In this document: piece by piece, positions 37,485 through 51,500 of the stretch
Position numbering within the stretch: position 1 is the first letter of the stretch
Layout of the letters: the number at the start of each line of letters is the position of its first letter
Assembly (NCBI RefSeq): GCF_006345805.1
Contig: NC_043001.1
Location: forward strand, 100,936,001-101,000,000
From: Octopus sinensis
Lineage: Eukaryota
Reading direction: 5' to 3'
DNA: 64,000 nucleotides
Made by a program: the position numbers and the translations under genes
Notes under the pieces: model-generated
What the model was told of the DNA's origin: nothing
Database searches by the model: none
What the model saw: only the letters and a program-made list of their open reading frames with translations

Positions 37485-40400
37485 AATACAGCATTTTCTC
37501 TCTTGAGTAAAATAAGCTGTAATTGAACGTTTCAAAAAGTTCTAAACAAAAGTAAGTGCCATTTCATACAGTCTGATATTAAGGACTTTTTGACAATAAT
37601 ACTAAAACCACTGCTGATTGCAGCAGTAAATTTTGTGAAATAAATTAGAACTATCAAAGAATCGGAAATTGAAATAACAATACATGTGAGGAAGTTTTTT
37701 CTGTTCCATAATAAAGCATATAGGACAAAGGAAAGAACTGGTATACCATTTAATATTAGGAATGGGGTCAAACACACCTGCAGAGATTAGTGACATCATT
37801 GGTCTGCATATATTATTGGCACTGCACAGCAAATTCCCCTTTGTTTCAGGTTGAATTCATGGAATTATTGGTTTAATTCTCCCCATCCTTTAGAAGACAA
37901 CATATCTCTGTTATTGTTGCCATACATCTCAAAACAGCCAACTTCCTTGACATGAAATTTAACTCACAAAAAAATCCGCATAAAAATATAAATACATATA
38001 AAGAAAGATAAAAACATTCTGTCTACACATTTATTCTCCAACCTTATTAGCATTATCTCCAGACTCTCTTCTTTATTTTCTAATGAATCTCTATTCAACA
38101 ACATCATAGACATACAACGAAGCACTTTACAATACCTGAGGATTAAATGCAATCACACCAGTGAACCACCTGCTGGTGATATCATTTCTGCAGTAATACT
38201 TACAGCTTGAAAAGAAGGACACAAACAAACGTTCAATTTATTGTTGGTTTTTGTTGTTGTTTAACTTTAGTTCCAACCTAACTGAGAAGACCTATAATCA
38301 AAGACAGTTCAGCCATAGGCATTACATAACGGTCATTCCATATGCAAAAATTTGCAATCACGTTTCCTTAAAAATGTAGTATTTTGAAAAAAACATGAAG
38401 GAGACAAATGGTTAGTTGGATTAGAGATGGCTATAAAGATATTTATCTTGTAGGTACATATGTATATGTATGTGTATCTGTATATATATATATATGGATA
38501 GAGAGAGAGAGGGGAGAGAGAGGGGGAGAGAGAAGGGGAGAGAGGAGGAGAGAGAGAGGTAAGTGATAGAAAATAGAATGAATAACATTTTTTATTTAAA
38601 ATCACTACAATTGTTTTGAGACAATTTTACATCTGTGGTGTATTGGTGAGATACTGTGTAATCATTATCCAAGGTGTAAAATGCACTTCCTCAGGTACTT
38701 GTTTAAATATGTCCTTTGTTAGATACTCTCATCATTTCACTCAGTATGATAATACCAGTGTGATAATATACATAATGTGTATATGTATATATATTGTGTG
38801 TTCTGGGTAATATACTTGGAACTAGGCGTATATGACTGATGACATACAAATCTCATGGGAAAATTGCAAACAGCAATCATAAAATTTTGATGAAACAAAA
38901 GTACTTCCACATGAAATAGGCAGCACTTACATCACATCACAACAATATTTCATACTCTGTGTCTTGAAACTGCAATAGTGGATTTAGGAAATTTATTGTT
39001 TTACATGAACCGCAAGGAAAACAACCAAAATTATGGAAATAATTTCAATACAGAAAGACAAAACTAGAACATAATCATGCTCCAATTCATCATATACAGC
39101 CTCACATATATACACATATATATACATATGAATGCATACAAACACACATACATAGATAGAATGAGAGATTTTGTTTGTATAAAGTTTATGAATATAGAAC
39201 AATCCGGAAGAAACTAAATCAATAAGTATATTTCAAATCCTGTTACCTATATCGGAAGTGAATTCTGTGATTTGGACAATTTAAAATTGCTTTGGAATTA
39301 AAAGTTAAAAGCTGATAAGTAAAAATGTTTTAGGAAGCAGATTGTGAAAACAAATTAAAAATAAAAAGCAGCAAATACATTATGACAATAACTTAGCAGA
39401 ATTCCACATGAATTTTTATAGTTAGATAAATAGATTCATTATTTTAGAAGCATAAAATGCTTGACCAGTTATACTCTTATGACAGAAAGAACAGATTCAC
39501 TGCTTTCATTTGTGTGGATAAATTTCAGTAGCATACAAGTAAACTATTTAACACTCAGTTTTTGACTTTGAAAGAAATCATGAACAGAATAACATAAGAT
39601 GTGTTTTTTTTTTTGCAAACAAGGAAAGTACATATAATGTATAATATATTGTTAATAATATCAGGAAATTGATATCAGAAAATTCTTCAGAAAGATATAT
39701 ACATGTGTAGGATAATTATTGTATTAAAAATATAAATATATATAAATATATGTAAATATGTATAAGTATAAATATATAATAATAATAAATATAACAGTTT
39801 AAAATTTAATAGTTTAAAATTAAGTTTTTAAAGCATCTTACGATTGTTTTGCAAAAGTATTGTCTCTATAATGGAATCCTATACTGATAAAGATTTATAG
39901 ACAATACTTCTGCTCTTCAGAGATATAAAATGTGAAGCTTGTATAATTTATCGAATGGTGATTTTTAAAAATATGAAGTAATATGGGAAAATGGTGTTTG
40001 CTTGAAATATAAATTAAAAGTTACTAGGAAAGTATATCTTATGAATGGAATGTTGTCAAATGCTAAAGAATATCCAGTGTTGATAGAGTATTTGGAAAAT
40101 GAGCCAAACATTTTTTACCTGTAATAAACATGTTTGTTCCATATTCTCTCAAAGAAAATTTCTGAATTTCAAACTTTCCTGTTTTGAAATTATCTGAAAA
40201 GCTGCAACATAAGATTCACCAAAGAAAAAAAAAAGGCAGAAAGAATCTTAAAATTATTTAAGAATGCTGAGTGAAACAGAATTAACTCTGCCAATTTTCA
40301 TTATGACAATTCTCGTTCATTGTATAACTATTTTAAAGATAATTAACATTGGGTAATTTACAATATAATACAGTAATATACAACATGCTTAAACTTATTC

Positions 40401-40769
40401 GATTGCATAAGATGAGGCACACCATTTGCATATTGACCACTCTCTGTTTTGAATTGTGCCAGAAAACTTCCTGCTTTTGTTAGAATTCCTATTTTAAGGA
40501 TTCTATACATTCTTTGGATACTGTTTTTTTAACTTGGATGAATAAATCAGATAAGTAGAAATATAAATACCTATATATTACAAATTTCTGCAATAATATT
40601 CTGTTTTTTTTTTTTTGCTATAAATCCATAAAATTTTTTATAGAACAGAAAGAAGTCTTTGAATACGTTATGGATTTTCTTTTAACTGCAATGATCTCTT
40701 CTTTCTTACTGTATAAGCAATTTGTAAGTACCACTGGTATTACCTCATTTCAGATAAAATAAAATCAAT

Positions 40770-41070
40770 GTATGCATACACACACACACATGGATGCACA
40801 CACACATTCACAGAAACACATGGACATGTGCACACACACACTTCACTCACACACATGCACTCACACACACATGTACATGCAGACACACACACATGTACAT
40901 GCAGACACACACACATTCACAGACACATGTGCACATGCATACACATTCACTCACATGCATGCATTCCACACACACATGCACACACACATGTTCATACACA
41001 TACACACACACACGCACACATGCACGCATTCACACACACACACACACGCATACAGACACACACATACAAA
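40770..41070. repeat. Degenerate (CA)n-rich array
   Basis: Directly visible; source of His/Thr ORFs. Confidence 0.9.
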
Positions 41071-41705
41071 TAACTTAGTTGTTGTCATAAGTCTGTTAGT
41101 TCAACATGTATTTTGGTGTTGAGAAATATCAAACAATTCTTTAACAAATAAAATAACCTTAAAAATGGAGAAAAACCATTGGTTAATAGAAGTTGGTGAA
41201 AGTATCTGAAATAAAGTTTCACATTTCCACATTTCTTTTGTTGAGGCAGAATTTTAAAAATCTAAACCAGAAACAAAATAGGATAACATTGATTTGAAAA
41301 TGAAGCCTTTAAAATAATGTTTTTTCTCCATATTTTGCAGGAAGAAAAAAAAACCGAAATCTTTATACTGAATTCAGCAGAAGTGTATTGTCAATGTTGT
41401 CAGAGAATATCAAAATCCAGAAGCATCGTTATTTAAAATTTACTTTCAAAAGTAAAATTTATAAAATATGATTTTAAAAAGAAAGTGATAAATTTTTCCT
41501 ATTTTTTACCTTTCACTTCTATATGATTTTACTTTTTAAACTTTTCTATTTGTCAAACAAACAAGTTAGACATCTTCCATTTATTTTTTTCTTACATTAT
41601 TTACACATATATATGTGTGTGTGTGCATAAGTGAGTGTGTGTGTCTGCAAGTGCATATGTACACATATAGGTATATACGTGTATACATATATATACACAC
41701 ACACT

Positions 41706-41741
<36 letters not shown>

Positions 41742-42165
41742 ACACACACACACACACATAATATGAAAATCCATTTTTCTGAGCTACAAATTCACTAAAG
41801 TCTGAAATTTCTTTGAAATGTTATATAATCTGCATATATTGCCAAGTATATCGCTTTTATACAATATTATCAAAAGAAGAATAACTAAATTAATTTGTCA
41901 GGTATTAATTTCTGAAATAGTTGCAAGGCCACTCGTTTTGGAGGGAAAAGGGTTCAGGAGATTTAATTAACCCCAGTAGGATGGATGGTAAAGTTGACCG
42001 TAGCAAGATTTAAGCTTTGAACAGAAACAAACATAACAGCAAAAGGATTTCTCCAACAGGCTGTATTCTGACAATGCACTCTCTTCTTTTAATTTACAAA
42101 ATATCAACCCTTTAGCAATCATGTTACTCTGACAAATGATTATTTATTCATTTTGCTTTGAATTA

Positions 42166-42506
42166 CCGTATTTGATGGTCTATAAGATGCACCTTTTTTT
42201 AAACTAAAAATGACTCAAAATATCTCCCTGTATCCAGTGCACTCAATGTAGGCTCAAAACTCGCTCAAAATGGTATGTATATTTATAAAACATGTGCTGC
42301 CATCTATTGGTGAACAATCGCCTATGGTATGTTTATAATGAATGTGGATGCAATAAATTGCTTATAATTACCGGTAATAACATAAAGTTATATAAGTAAG
42401 TAGATGAATTAAAACATTATTTTAGTGGTAATTTATTTTGCAAAAGTATAGCCTAGGCTAGGGTGCATCCTATGCACTCGTGTGTCTTGTAGGCCATCAA
42501 ATATGG
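42166..42506. mobile_element. pogo/Tc2-type MITE with TA TSD
   Basis: TA|CCGTATTTGATGGTCTATAAGATGCAC ... GTGTGTCTTGTAGGCCATCAAATATGG|TA. Confidence 0.8.
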
Positions 42507-42935
42507 TAATCATTCATTATCTTGTAACTTCTTGAGCCTCACTGGTAGTGAACACAGCATTAGAACCTGTGCAAAGGCAATAATAATAATAATAATAATA
42601 ATATTAACTTTCCTGACCCTTAAACTCTACCTTCTATAAGAAACAAAAGTGAATATACTCAAAACTCATCATGTTTTTTTGGGTCATACAGCATTAATAT
42701 TATTAAGAGGATGTCAGAGTTAATTATGTCTGTCTCAACTTTCAAGAACAGCTTTTGTTCTACCCATTTCATAGTAAAATTACCCACAATACCAGTGACT
42801 ACTTCCCAGTTTTTATCCCCCTGAAGGTATGTTCCAAACTAGACTTGGAGTCCTTTATCCAGAACTATAGAGGTAATATTTATACCCACTCAAACGTGGA
42901 TGCTCTGCGAGGACCAACTATACTGCAGTTGTTTC

Positions 42936-43047
42936 CATGAGAGAAACTCTCATATTGGCGTTTGGTGCAAAATGTATTCTTGTTTGCATATCGATATAAA
43001 CAAGAGTCTATTTTGCAGCAAAAGCCAATATGAGAGTTCCTTTCATG
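42936..43047. repeat. Imperfect 50-bp-stem hairpin
   Basis: catgagagaaactctcatattggcgtttggtgcaaaatgtattcttgttt pairs with aaacaagagtctattttgcagcaaaagccaatatgagagttcctttcatg (7 differences), 12-nt loop. Confidence 0.85.
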
Positions 43048-43484
43048 CAATGAAGTTTGTTCTAACAGAACGTTCACATTTAAATGGGGCTAAATATTAC
43101 CAGTTGGTATTAATTCTACCTCCTCTGTGGCTAATATATACTTCTAACAAGCCCACTGGCCAATCGCAACGATGGTGCCTGTTGTGGCACCGATTTTATA
43201 TATATATCACTGGTGGTGAGATGAGTCAATGCTACTTCTAGCGGTCAAGTGTCCATCCTTGATGAGATTAAGGAAGGTTGAAATTGCATGACCTGGTGGT
43301 CTTGGTGCTGGAATTGATGGGGATTTATCTTCCTGCTAATCATATAAACAAGCATGCATTTTGCACCAAAAGCTCAGATCAAAGTTTCTCCTGTGGTATC
43401 TAGTGCAGTAAAGTCTCTTATAACAGAACACCCACGTTTATGTAGGGGTAAATATTATCCCTCAGTGTTACTGCTGCACCTGTA

Positions 43485-43690
43485 GCACACCGGTCGAAAT
43501 GCTTAGCAGTATTTCATCTGCCGTTATGTTCTGAGTTCAAATTCTGCCGAGGTCGATTTTGCCTTTCATCCTTTCGGCGTCAATTAGATAAGTACCAATT
43601 ATGCACTAGGGTTGATGTAATCGACTTAATCCCTTTGTCTGTCCTTGTTTGTCCCCTCTATGTTTAGCCCCCTGTGGACAATAAAGACAT
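43485..43690 (+). mobile_element. SINE family B copy
   Basis: aaatgcttagcagtatttc...gagttcaaattctgccgaggtcgattttgcctttcatcctttcgg. Confidence 0.8.
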
Positions 43691-43779
43691 ATATATATTT
43701 TTTTTTTTCAAAAGTACAGAGACAAAAGATGCCATTCATTGTGATAGAATTGCTTTGCCAGGTTCCAAACTGCGAGCTC

Positions 43780-44700
43780 ACTGACTGTTCTTGTTTAATG
43801 TGGGACCTTGTAAACTCTCCCAGAGTACTGCCAACCATCTCAACTACCACCTCTATTTCCATCATATTTTACATATTGTCTATGTATACAGATACGAAAT
43901 TCCTGTCACTTAGTTCAAGCAAGCAATCCCTCGATGTCTTCAACCTCTGCAGTCCTCTGCAAATATTATATTTGGGTGGTTTTCTATCCATGAAGACCAT
44001 ACACATCAGCTCCAACTCTTTGGAATAAAAACAAGGGAATCAAGAAGATTCCCTGATGCAACCGATAACTAGAATACCAGTGCCATTCCTATTCAAACTT
44101 GGTACTATTATTTCTCAATCTTGTTTTACCATTTTCATCATTCTGTTGTGGCTCTTGTAGGTTGGCACTCTATTGATCTTTGATTCGGTTACTTGGTATC
44201 CTTCCATGAGCAAATTCTAACCTGTTCATGGATTCATGGCTGTTGTTAATGCTTCCTGATCATTGATGTTGCAGATGGTTGGCACCATCCACAGTTATTT
44301 CCCTTTGGCCACAGCCAAGGACCCACAGTTCTTCCAACTGGTCTGCAGTCTGCTTTGTGAACTCCTGCATCTGCTTTCTGCAATTTATGTATCTGTTTAT
44401 TTTTTTGAATTCCATTTACCTCCTCCCCATCAAGGGTGTCTTACCATCCCAAGGCATGCAACATTGCACTTGTATTCTATCAATGTCGTCTGCTTTTATC
44501 ATGACTATGTACCTTGTTTGTTCACTCGTGCTGTCAGTAAAGGATAGATTCACCTTCGTTACTCTTGTTTTCATTGTTTTTGTTCTTACCTGGAATTCTG
44601 TTGTTGTTATCGTGGTAGTCATTATTGATATCGTTGTTGCTCCACTCTGTACAGAAACACCAGTGCAATAATGATAACAAAGTCTATTGTTGCCTACTGA
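43780..44700 (-). mobile_element. Possible highly degraded Ty3/Gypsy pol remnant
   Basis: Across frames PLMGRR (cf. PLLGRD), DSLVFIPKS, CMVFMDRK...RDCLLEL and FVSVYIDNM (cf. FV.VYIDD). Confidence 0.35.
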
Positions 44701-45774
44701 TCAATCTATCTAGGTACAATGTGGATGATCCATTGGGATTGCTTCACACCTATATAGGTACATACAGGAAATGCAACTAGTACCTGTTGGACAACTGAAA
44801 ATGTTTGAGTAGGTTTTCAAGGAATTTGTACCCTCCTCCTATGGTTCAATGTGCACATTCCCATTGTGCATCTGAAATAAAATTCTAATGTCCACTAGTA
44901 TCAAATAGTAGAATGCTTCCGATGAGTTTTCTTGGTGTCTAATGCCATCTATCTGTCCTGCACTGGTAAAGACATGCACAGCCACTTGTCTGGGGGTACT
45001 ATTTTTATTGTTGTTCAATCCGCTACCATCAATTTACCACTTGACTCCAAAAAGATCGTCTGTACCTCCAGCCCTAATTACTTCTGGAATAGCAGTGTCA
45101 CACAGCCATCAGATCTAATAGATTACAAGTGAGTACGTTTTGTAGTCAACAAAAATGGGGCTGGGTGCATACATTCCAGGAATTTTCACTTCAGTGATGC
45201 TACCGAATCTATGTCTAGTGACCCATGATAGTTGAACAAGTGACTTTGCTTCCAAGCTAAGCCAAGATCATGCATTGGTACATTCATGCATCCTTTCTCA
45301 AACAAAGCTTTTTCATCAGAGAAAACAGAAGTGGTTACTTCAAAAGGGGCCAATAGATTAGTTCCTTCTTCAAAAGCATGTCCCTTAAAAGGTACTTCTG
45401 ATGATTTTATTTTTGTTTTTGTCTACCTTTTTTCTGAACATCCCTATACTTCCTAGGAATTTGGTCAAGAGAGTATTGTATATTAATAAATTTCTCTTTG
45501 GATATCTGGAGAATGAGTTTCTCACTTCCACCCCTCCACCCCACTTGTGTTACCACAGTTCTGTTAAGCAGTCCATCTTCTTCTGTGCTTTTTTGCTTAT
45601 AATAGTGAAGCTGATGCTGTTTTTCTTCCTGTGTGTTTGGCTGTAACAACTACAACAGCTACGATGACGACGATGACATCATCAACAACAACAACAACAG
45701 TCTCAAATTTTATCTGTCTGCCAGTGATGTGTGTGGGATGGTAGTGAGGATGAGAGGTTAGGTGGCTGCAGTGT

Positions 45775-45930
45775 CAGTGATGATGACGACGATGATGATG
45801 ATGATGATGACGACAATGATGATAATGATGATCATTATGATGATGATGATGATGACGACGATGATGATGATGCTGATGATGAGGATGATGATGATGCTGA
45901 GGATGATGATGATGCTGATGATGATGATGC
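45775..45930. repeat. (GAT)n-rich trinucleotide array
   Basis: Directly visible; source of poly-Asp/Met/Ile ORFs. Confidence 0.95.
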
Positions 45931-46273
45931 AGGAAATGTTGTTCTCAGAAAAAGCTAACCTTGACTCCACTCTTTAAACTCTGTCCTGACCTCGTGTGTA
46001 TCTGCTACATCACCACTCATTGATTCTTTCTGATTCTTCACCTCTCATACCAAGTCTCTCATTATATTTCCACTTCTGTGACTTTCTTTTCACTTGCCTC
46101 CACCCACCCACTCCACCCCAACCCCTCCTTTCCCCAACAGTCTTTTGTTTTATTTTTGCAAATACCACCTGCATGCTTGAACAGAAGAATACTATTCCAG
46201 TAGAGAAGAGATTGATAGATGCGAGAGGCTGAGGGGCGAAAGATGGAAAGAAACAGTGAATGTCTATGCTGAG

Positions 46274-46313
<40 letters not shown>

Positions 46314-47034
46314 GGAACATGTGCTTGGAACTTTGGTGAGAAGAGACATGGAAAAGGGGGAGAGAGTATACATTTGCATATGTGTGTGTGTGTGTGTGTT
46401 GGTGAGCGTGTGTTTGGGAGGTGTGATTTCTATGTGCATGTCCAAAACCATACCTTGACAGAGTAAGGGATAGTGTTCTACCAAAAGTAAACGAGAATGA
46501 GAGATTGTGGAGAAAAAGACTAATAGTGTGACTGTATGTGTCAGAGAAAGACAGATGCTTCTGAGAGAGAGAGAGAGAGGGGCAGAATAGAGTGGATGTA
46601 TGTATGTGAGAATGGGATTTCTTAAAGTAAGAGAGAGCAAAGGAAAACAGTGGAGGGGGGGGGTAATTTGAAATGAAAGAACAAGAGGAAAATGAAGATG
46701 CAATGTAAGAAAGGAAAAATATAGATTGTGTGTGCAGTGAGGGAGCTGAAGTTTGAGCTGCTTCTTCTTAAAAATTATGCCATGATACATAATAGATGAA
46801 GTGTCATGCCCATTGGAAGCAAAAAAAAAAAAGAAAGGAAGGAAGGAAAAACGATGCCTGAGTTGTCAGCCTTTTCTCCTATCTTTAGCTACCCCAGTGT
46901 ATATATGTGTGTTTATATATAAATGTTTAAAATCAATATGCCTTTAAGAAAAGAATTTCCCAACGTTTTAGATTGAACTGTTTGGAAAAGAAAAAGAGAA
47001 TGGCTCTTTTTTTTTTACCCCTCCATCATTAATC

Positions 47035-47280
47035 GATGTATGACTTTAATGTATGTATATATGCATGCATTTATGTATGTATATATTTATGTATATATGT
47101 ATGTATGCATTTATGTATGTATGCATGCATTTATGTATGTATGTATGTATGTATGTATGTATGTGTGTGTGAGTGTGTGTGTATGTGTGTATGTATGTAT
47201 GTATGTAAGTATGTATGTATGTATGTATGTATGTGTGCGTGTGTATATGTATGTATATATGTATTGCATATGGTATGTAT
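47035..47280. repeat. (TATG)n/(TG)n array
   Basis: Directly visible. Confidence 0.95.
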
Positions 47281-47944
47281 TCATGTTTATTTTTTAAACC
47301 AAAGAAATCTTCCTATTAAGTAGTCACTAGTTTCTTACAAGTAAACAAAGGAAGTTGGTTATAAGCAACAGTAGAATCTTCTATATTGAATTTTAGAAAT
47401 GTCTTGCATATTTCCTTTGTTCTAATTACAAGTTCAATTTCCAGAATACAGGTACTCTCTTACCTTGCCTGAAATCTCCATCTTTTCCAGACAATTTTAA
47501 AAAAAAATCTTTATAACATTATTATGCCAGTAATTTCTGGTATAAATGCAAAGATATAATCTAGATTAAGAATATATTGATTTCAAAGTTAATTATGAAA
47601 TTTTTCTTTCTTATTAACATTTAATGAAATGTTCACAGCTTCAGTTTGTTCTGTTTCTCAAACCAAAATATTGGATTTGGTGTGCTTGAAGATAATTGAA
47701 GATTCTATTGGAATGTTTCCCTATTATACGATGCCTTGAACCATTGGAATATTCTGCACAGAAATATTACCTGTATTAATGACTGCCAGTTTCACTTATG
47801 AACAATTAAGTGGATGTTACTATTCATCAGGAAGTGAAGCAAACAAAAAACTTTGAAATTACAGGAGATACATCAGCTTAAATATTCTGGTCAAGAAAGG
47901 CAACGAGGACAAAGTCAAAATTATGAGATATATGTGTGTGTGTG

Positions 47945-48400
47945 TGGCACACAAAAAGCACCATTCGTGTGTGGTCGATGCCAGTACCACTTGACTGGCC
48001 CCCCATGCCAGTGGCATGTAAAAAGCAACCACTACACTCTTGTTGGCATTAGGAGCATCCAGCCATAGAAGAGCATCCAGCCATAGAAACCAAGCCAAAT
48101 CTAACTGGAACCTGTTGCAGCTCTCCAGCCTGCTAGCTCTGGTTAAACCATTCATCTCATGCCAACATGGAAAATAGATGTTAAAGGATGATGATGATGA
48201 TGATGTATATATCATATGTTGTATATATATACATATTATGTATATATCATCATCATCATTATCATTTAATGTCAGCCTTCCATGGTTGCATGGGTTTGAT
48301 GATTTGACATGAGCTGGCCAGGTACAAGAAAGCACCAAACATCTGTGTCTGTTTTCACATGGCTTTTAAGGCTGAATGCCCTTCCTAACACCAACGACAT
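47945..48400. mobile_element. Two RTE 3' ends tail-to-tail (47945-48205 plus; 48245-48400 minus)
   Basis: ...catgccaacatggaaaatagatgttaaaggatgatgat, an AT spacer, then catcatcat..tttaatgtcagccttccatggttgcatggg. Confidence 0.75.
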
Positions 48401-48480
48401 ATGTGAGTGTATGTGTATATATATATATATACATACTTATATATATATATATATACTTATATATATATATAATATATATA

Positions 48481-48516
<36 letters not shown>

Positions 48517-48517
48517 T

Positions 48518-51500
48518 CATCATCATCATCATCATCGTTTAACGTCCGCTTTCCATGCTAGCATGGGTTGGACGGTTCAACTGGGGTCTGGCAAGCCCGA
48601 AGGCTGCACCAGGCCAGTCAGATCTGGCAGTGTTTCTACAGCTGGATGCCCTTCCTAACGCCAACCACTCCGAGAGTGTAGTGGGTGATTTTATGTGCCA
48701 CCGACACAGGTGCCAGACGAGGCTGGCAGACGGCCACGCTTGGATGGTGTTTTTTATGTGCCACCGACACAGGTGCCAGACGAGGCTGGCTGACGGCCAC
48801 GCTCGGATGGTGTTTTCTTATGTGTCACCGACACAGGTGCCAGACGAGGCTGGCGGACGGCCACGCTCGGATGGTATTTGTTACGTGCCCTCAGCACGGA
48901 GGCCAGTCGTTGTGGTACTGGCTACGGTCACGTTCGGATGGTTTTCTTATGTGCCACCGGCACTGGTACCACAAGGATACAAATTCCATTGATGTTCATC
49001 TATTTTGATTTGGTTCGATTTGATTTGATTCGATTCTCACTTGCCTCAACAGGTCTTCACAAGTGTCACAAGAAGGAAGGTATGCACAGGTGGACTGACT
49101 ACGTCCCAGGTAGGGGCCACGGATTATGGCTTCACTAGTCTTGCCGGGTCTTCTCACGCACAGCATACTTCCATAGGTCTCGGTCTCTAGTCATTTCCAT
49201 GGTGAGACCTAACGTCCGAAGGTCATGCTTCACCACCTCGTCCCAGGTTTTCCTGGGTCTACCTCTTCCACAGGTTCCCTCAACTGCTAGGGATTGGCAC
49301 TTTCTCACACACCTATCTTCATCCATTCTCGCCACATGACCATACCAGCGCAATCGTCTCTCTTGCACACCACAACTGATGCTTCTTAGGTACAACATTT
49401 CTCTCAAGGTACTAACGCTCTGTCGAGTAAGTACACTGACATTACACATCCATCGGAGCATACTGGCTTCGTTCCTCACGAGCTTACGCATGTCCTCAGC
49501 AGTCACGGCCCATGTTTCACTGCCATGTAGCATAGCTGTTCGTACACATGCATCATACAGTCTGCCTTTTACTCTGAGCGAGAGGCCTTTAGTCACCAGC
49601 AGAGGTAAGAGCTCCCTAAACTTTGCCCAGGCTATTCTTATTCTAGCAGTTACACTTTCAGCGCACCCACCCCCACTACTGACTTGGTCACCTAGATAGC
49701 GGAAGCTATCAACTACTTCTAGTTTTTCCCCCCGGAAAGTGACGGAAGTTGTTTTCTGCAGATTTTCGGAGGTCAATGCTCCAGAGCATCTGCCACATAC
49801 AAAAACTATCTTCCCAGTTAGCCTACCTTTGACATTGCTGCACCTCTTATGTGTCCATAGCTTACACTGGGTACATCTTATAGAGTTTCTACCTACACCT
49901 TTTCTACAGATCAAGCAGGGCCATCTTCCTGAGGATATTTGTGGATTGTCTACCTTTCTACTTATTAGTACTTTGGTTTTAGCTAGGTTGACTCTAAGGC
50001 CCCTCGATTCTAAACCCTCCTTCCACACCTGGAACTTCTCCTCCAGTTCTGATAGTGACTCAGCAATTAGAGCGAGGTCGTCAGCATAGAGGAGCTCCCA
50101 GGGGCAACCTGTCTTGAATTCCTCCACAATTGCCTGGAGGACTATGATAAATAGGAGGGGGCTGAGTACTGAACCCTGGTGGACCCCAACCTCTACTTTG
50201 AATTCTTCTGTGTACATGTTGCCAACTCTAACCTTACTTACGGCATCTCTGTACATGGCTTGCACAGCCCGCACCAGCCATTCATCTATCCCTAGTTTCC
50301 TCATTGACCACCAGATGAGGGATCGGGGGACCCTATCAAAGGCTTTCTCCATGTCAACGAAAGCCAGGTACAGGGGCTTATCTTTGGCTAGGTATTTCTC
50401 CTGCAGCTGCCTTACCAGGAATATAGCATCAGTGGTGCTTTTCCCTGGGACAAACCCAAACTGCATCTCATCTAAACTAACTCTCTCTCTAATTAGTTGG
50501 GCTATGACCCTCTCCGTAACCTTCATTACCTGATCCAACAGCTTGATACCTCTGTAATTATTTGTATCTAGGGCATCACCTTTACCTTTGTAGCAGTTGA
50601 CTAGTATGCTGCTACACCAGTCATTGGGTATGACTCCTTCGTGTATCACCTGGTTGACTATACGGGTGACTAGGTTATAGCCGACACTGCCAGATATTTT
50701 GAGCATCTCTGCAGTAATTCCTGATGGGCCTGGGGCTTTCCCTGTCTTCATGCTTCTAATTGCCTTAGCTACCACGGAACTATCAACTCGGATAGCTGGT
50801 CCCTCTGTTGGGTCAACATTCGGCAGACTCTCTTTATCCCATTCATTTTCTTTATTCAGCAACCTTTCATAGTGGCATCTCCAAACCTCTCTCCTTGCAT
50901 CCTCATTTAGTGCAAGTGAACCATCATCCATGCGAACACACTTCTCTCCTACCACGTCACGATTCTCTCTCACACACTGTCTTGCAACACGAAATACCTC
51001 AAGTCTTTCATCCTCACGGCTCAGAACATTGGCAAATTTTTTCTTATCCGCTTCCCCTCTGGCTAAATAAACCTGTCTCCTAGCTTCCCTTTTGGCTGTC
51101 TGATACAATTCCCTGCTACCACCGTTCTTCCAGTCCTTCCAAGCCTGTCTCTTTTGTCTAATAGCCCTGTCAACCACAGTGTTCCACCACCATGTTACTC
51201 TGGGTCGAGATGGTACTTTGCTCCATCCACAGATCTGGTCAGTGGCTGTCAGCAGATTGTCCCGTAGGAATCTTCAGTTGTCTTTCACATTAAGTGAAGC
51301 TATATCCCCTTCTATCTCGTCAGAGGCTTCGAGTAGTATGTCTCTAAATCTCTGTCCATTTGCAGGATCTTTAAGCTTCCAGACCCTTCTCCTCCAAGCT
51401 AGTCTTCTTCTGGGCAACCATTTAGCTCTGATCCTGAAGTCGCTAACTACTAATCTATGTTGGGGAGTACATTCTTCGCCTAGGAAGGTTTTGGCATTTA

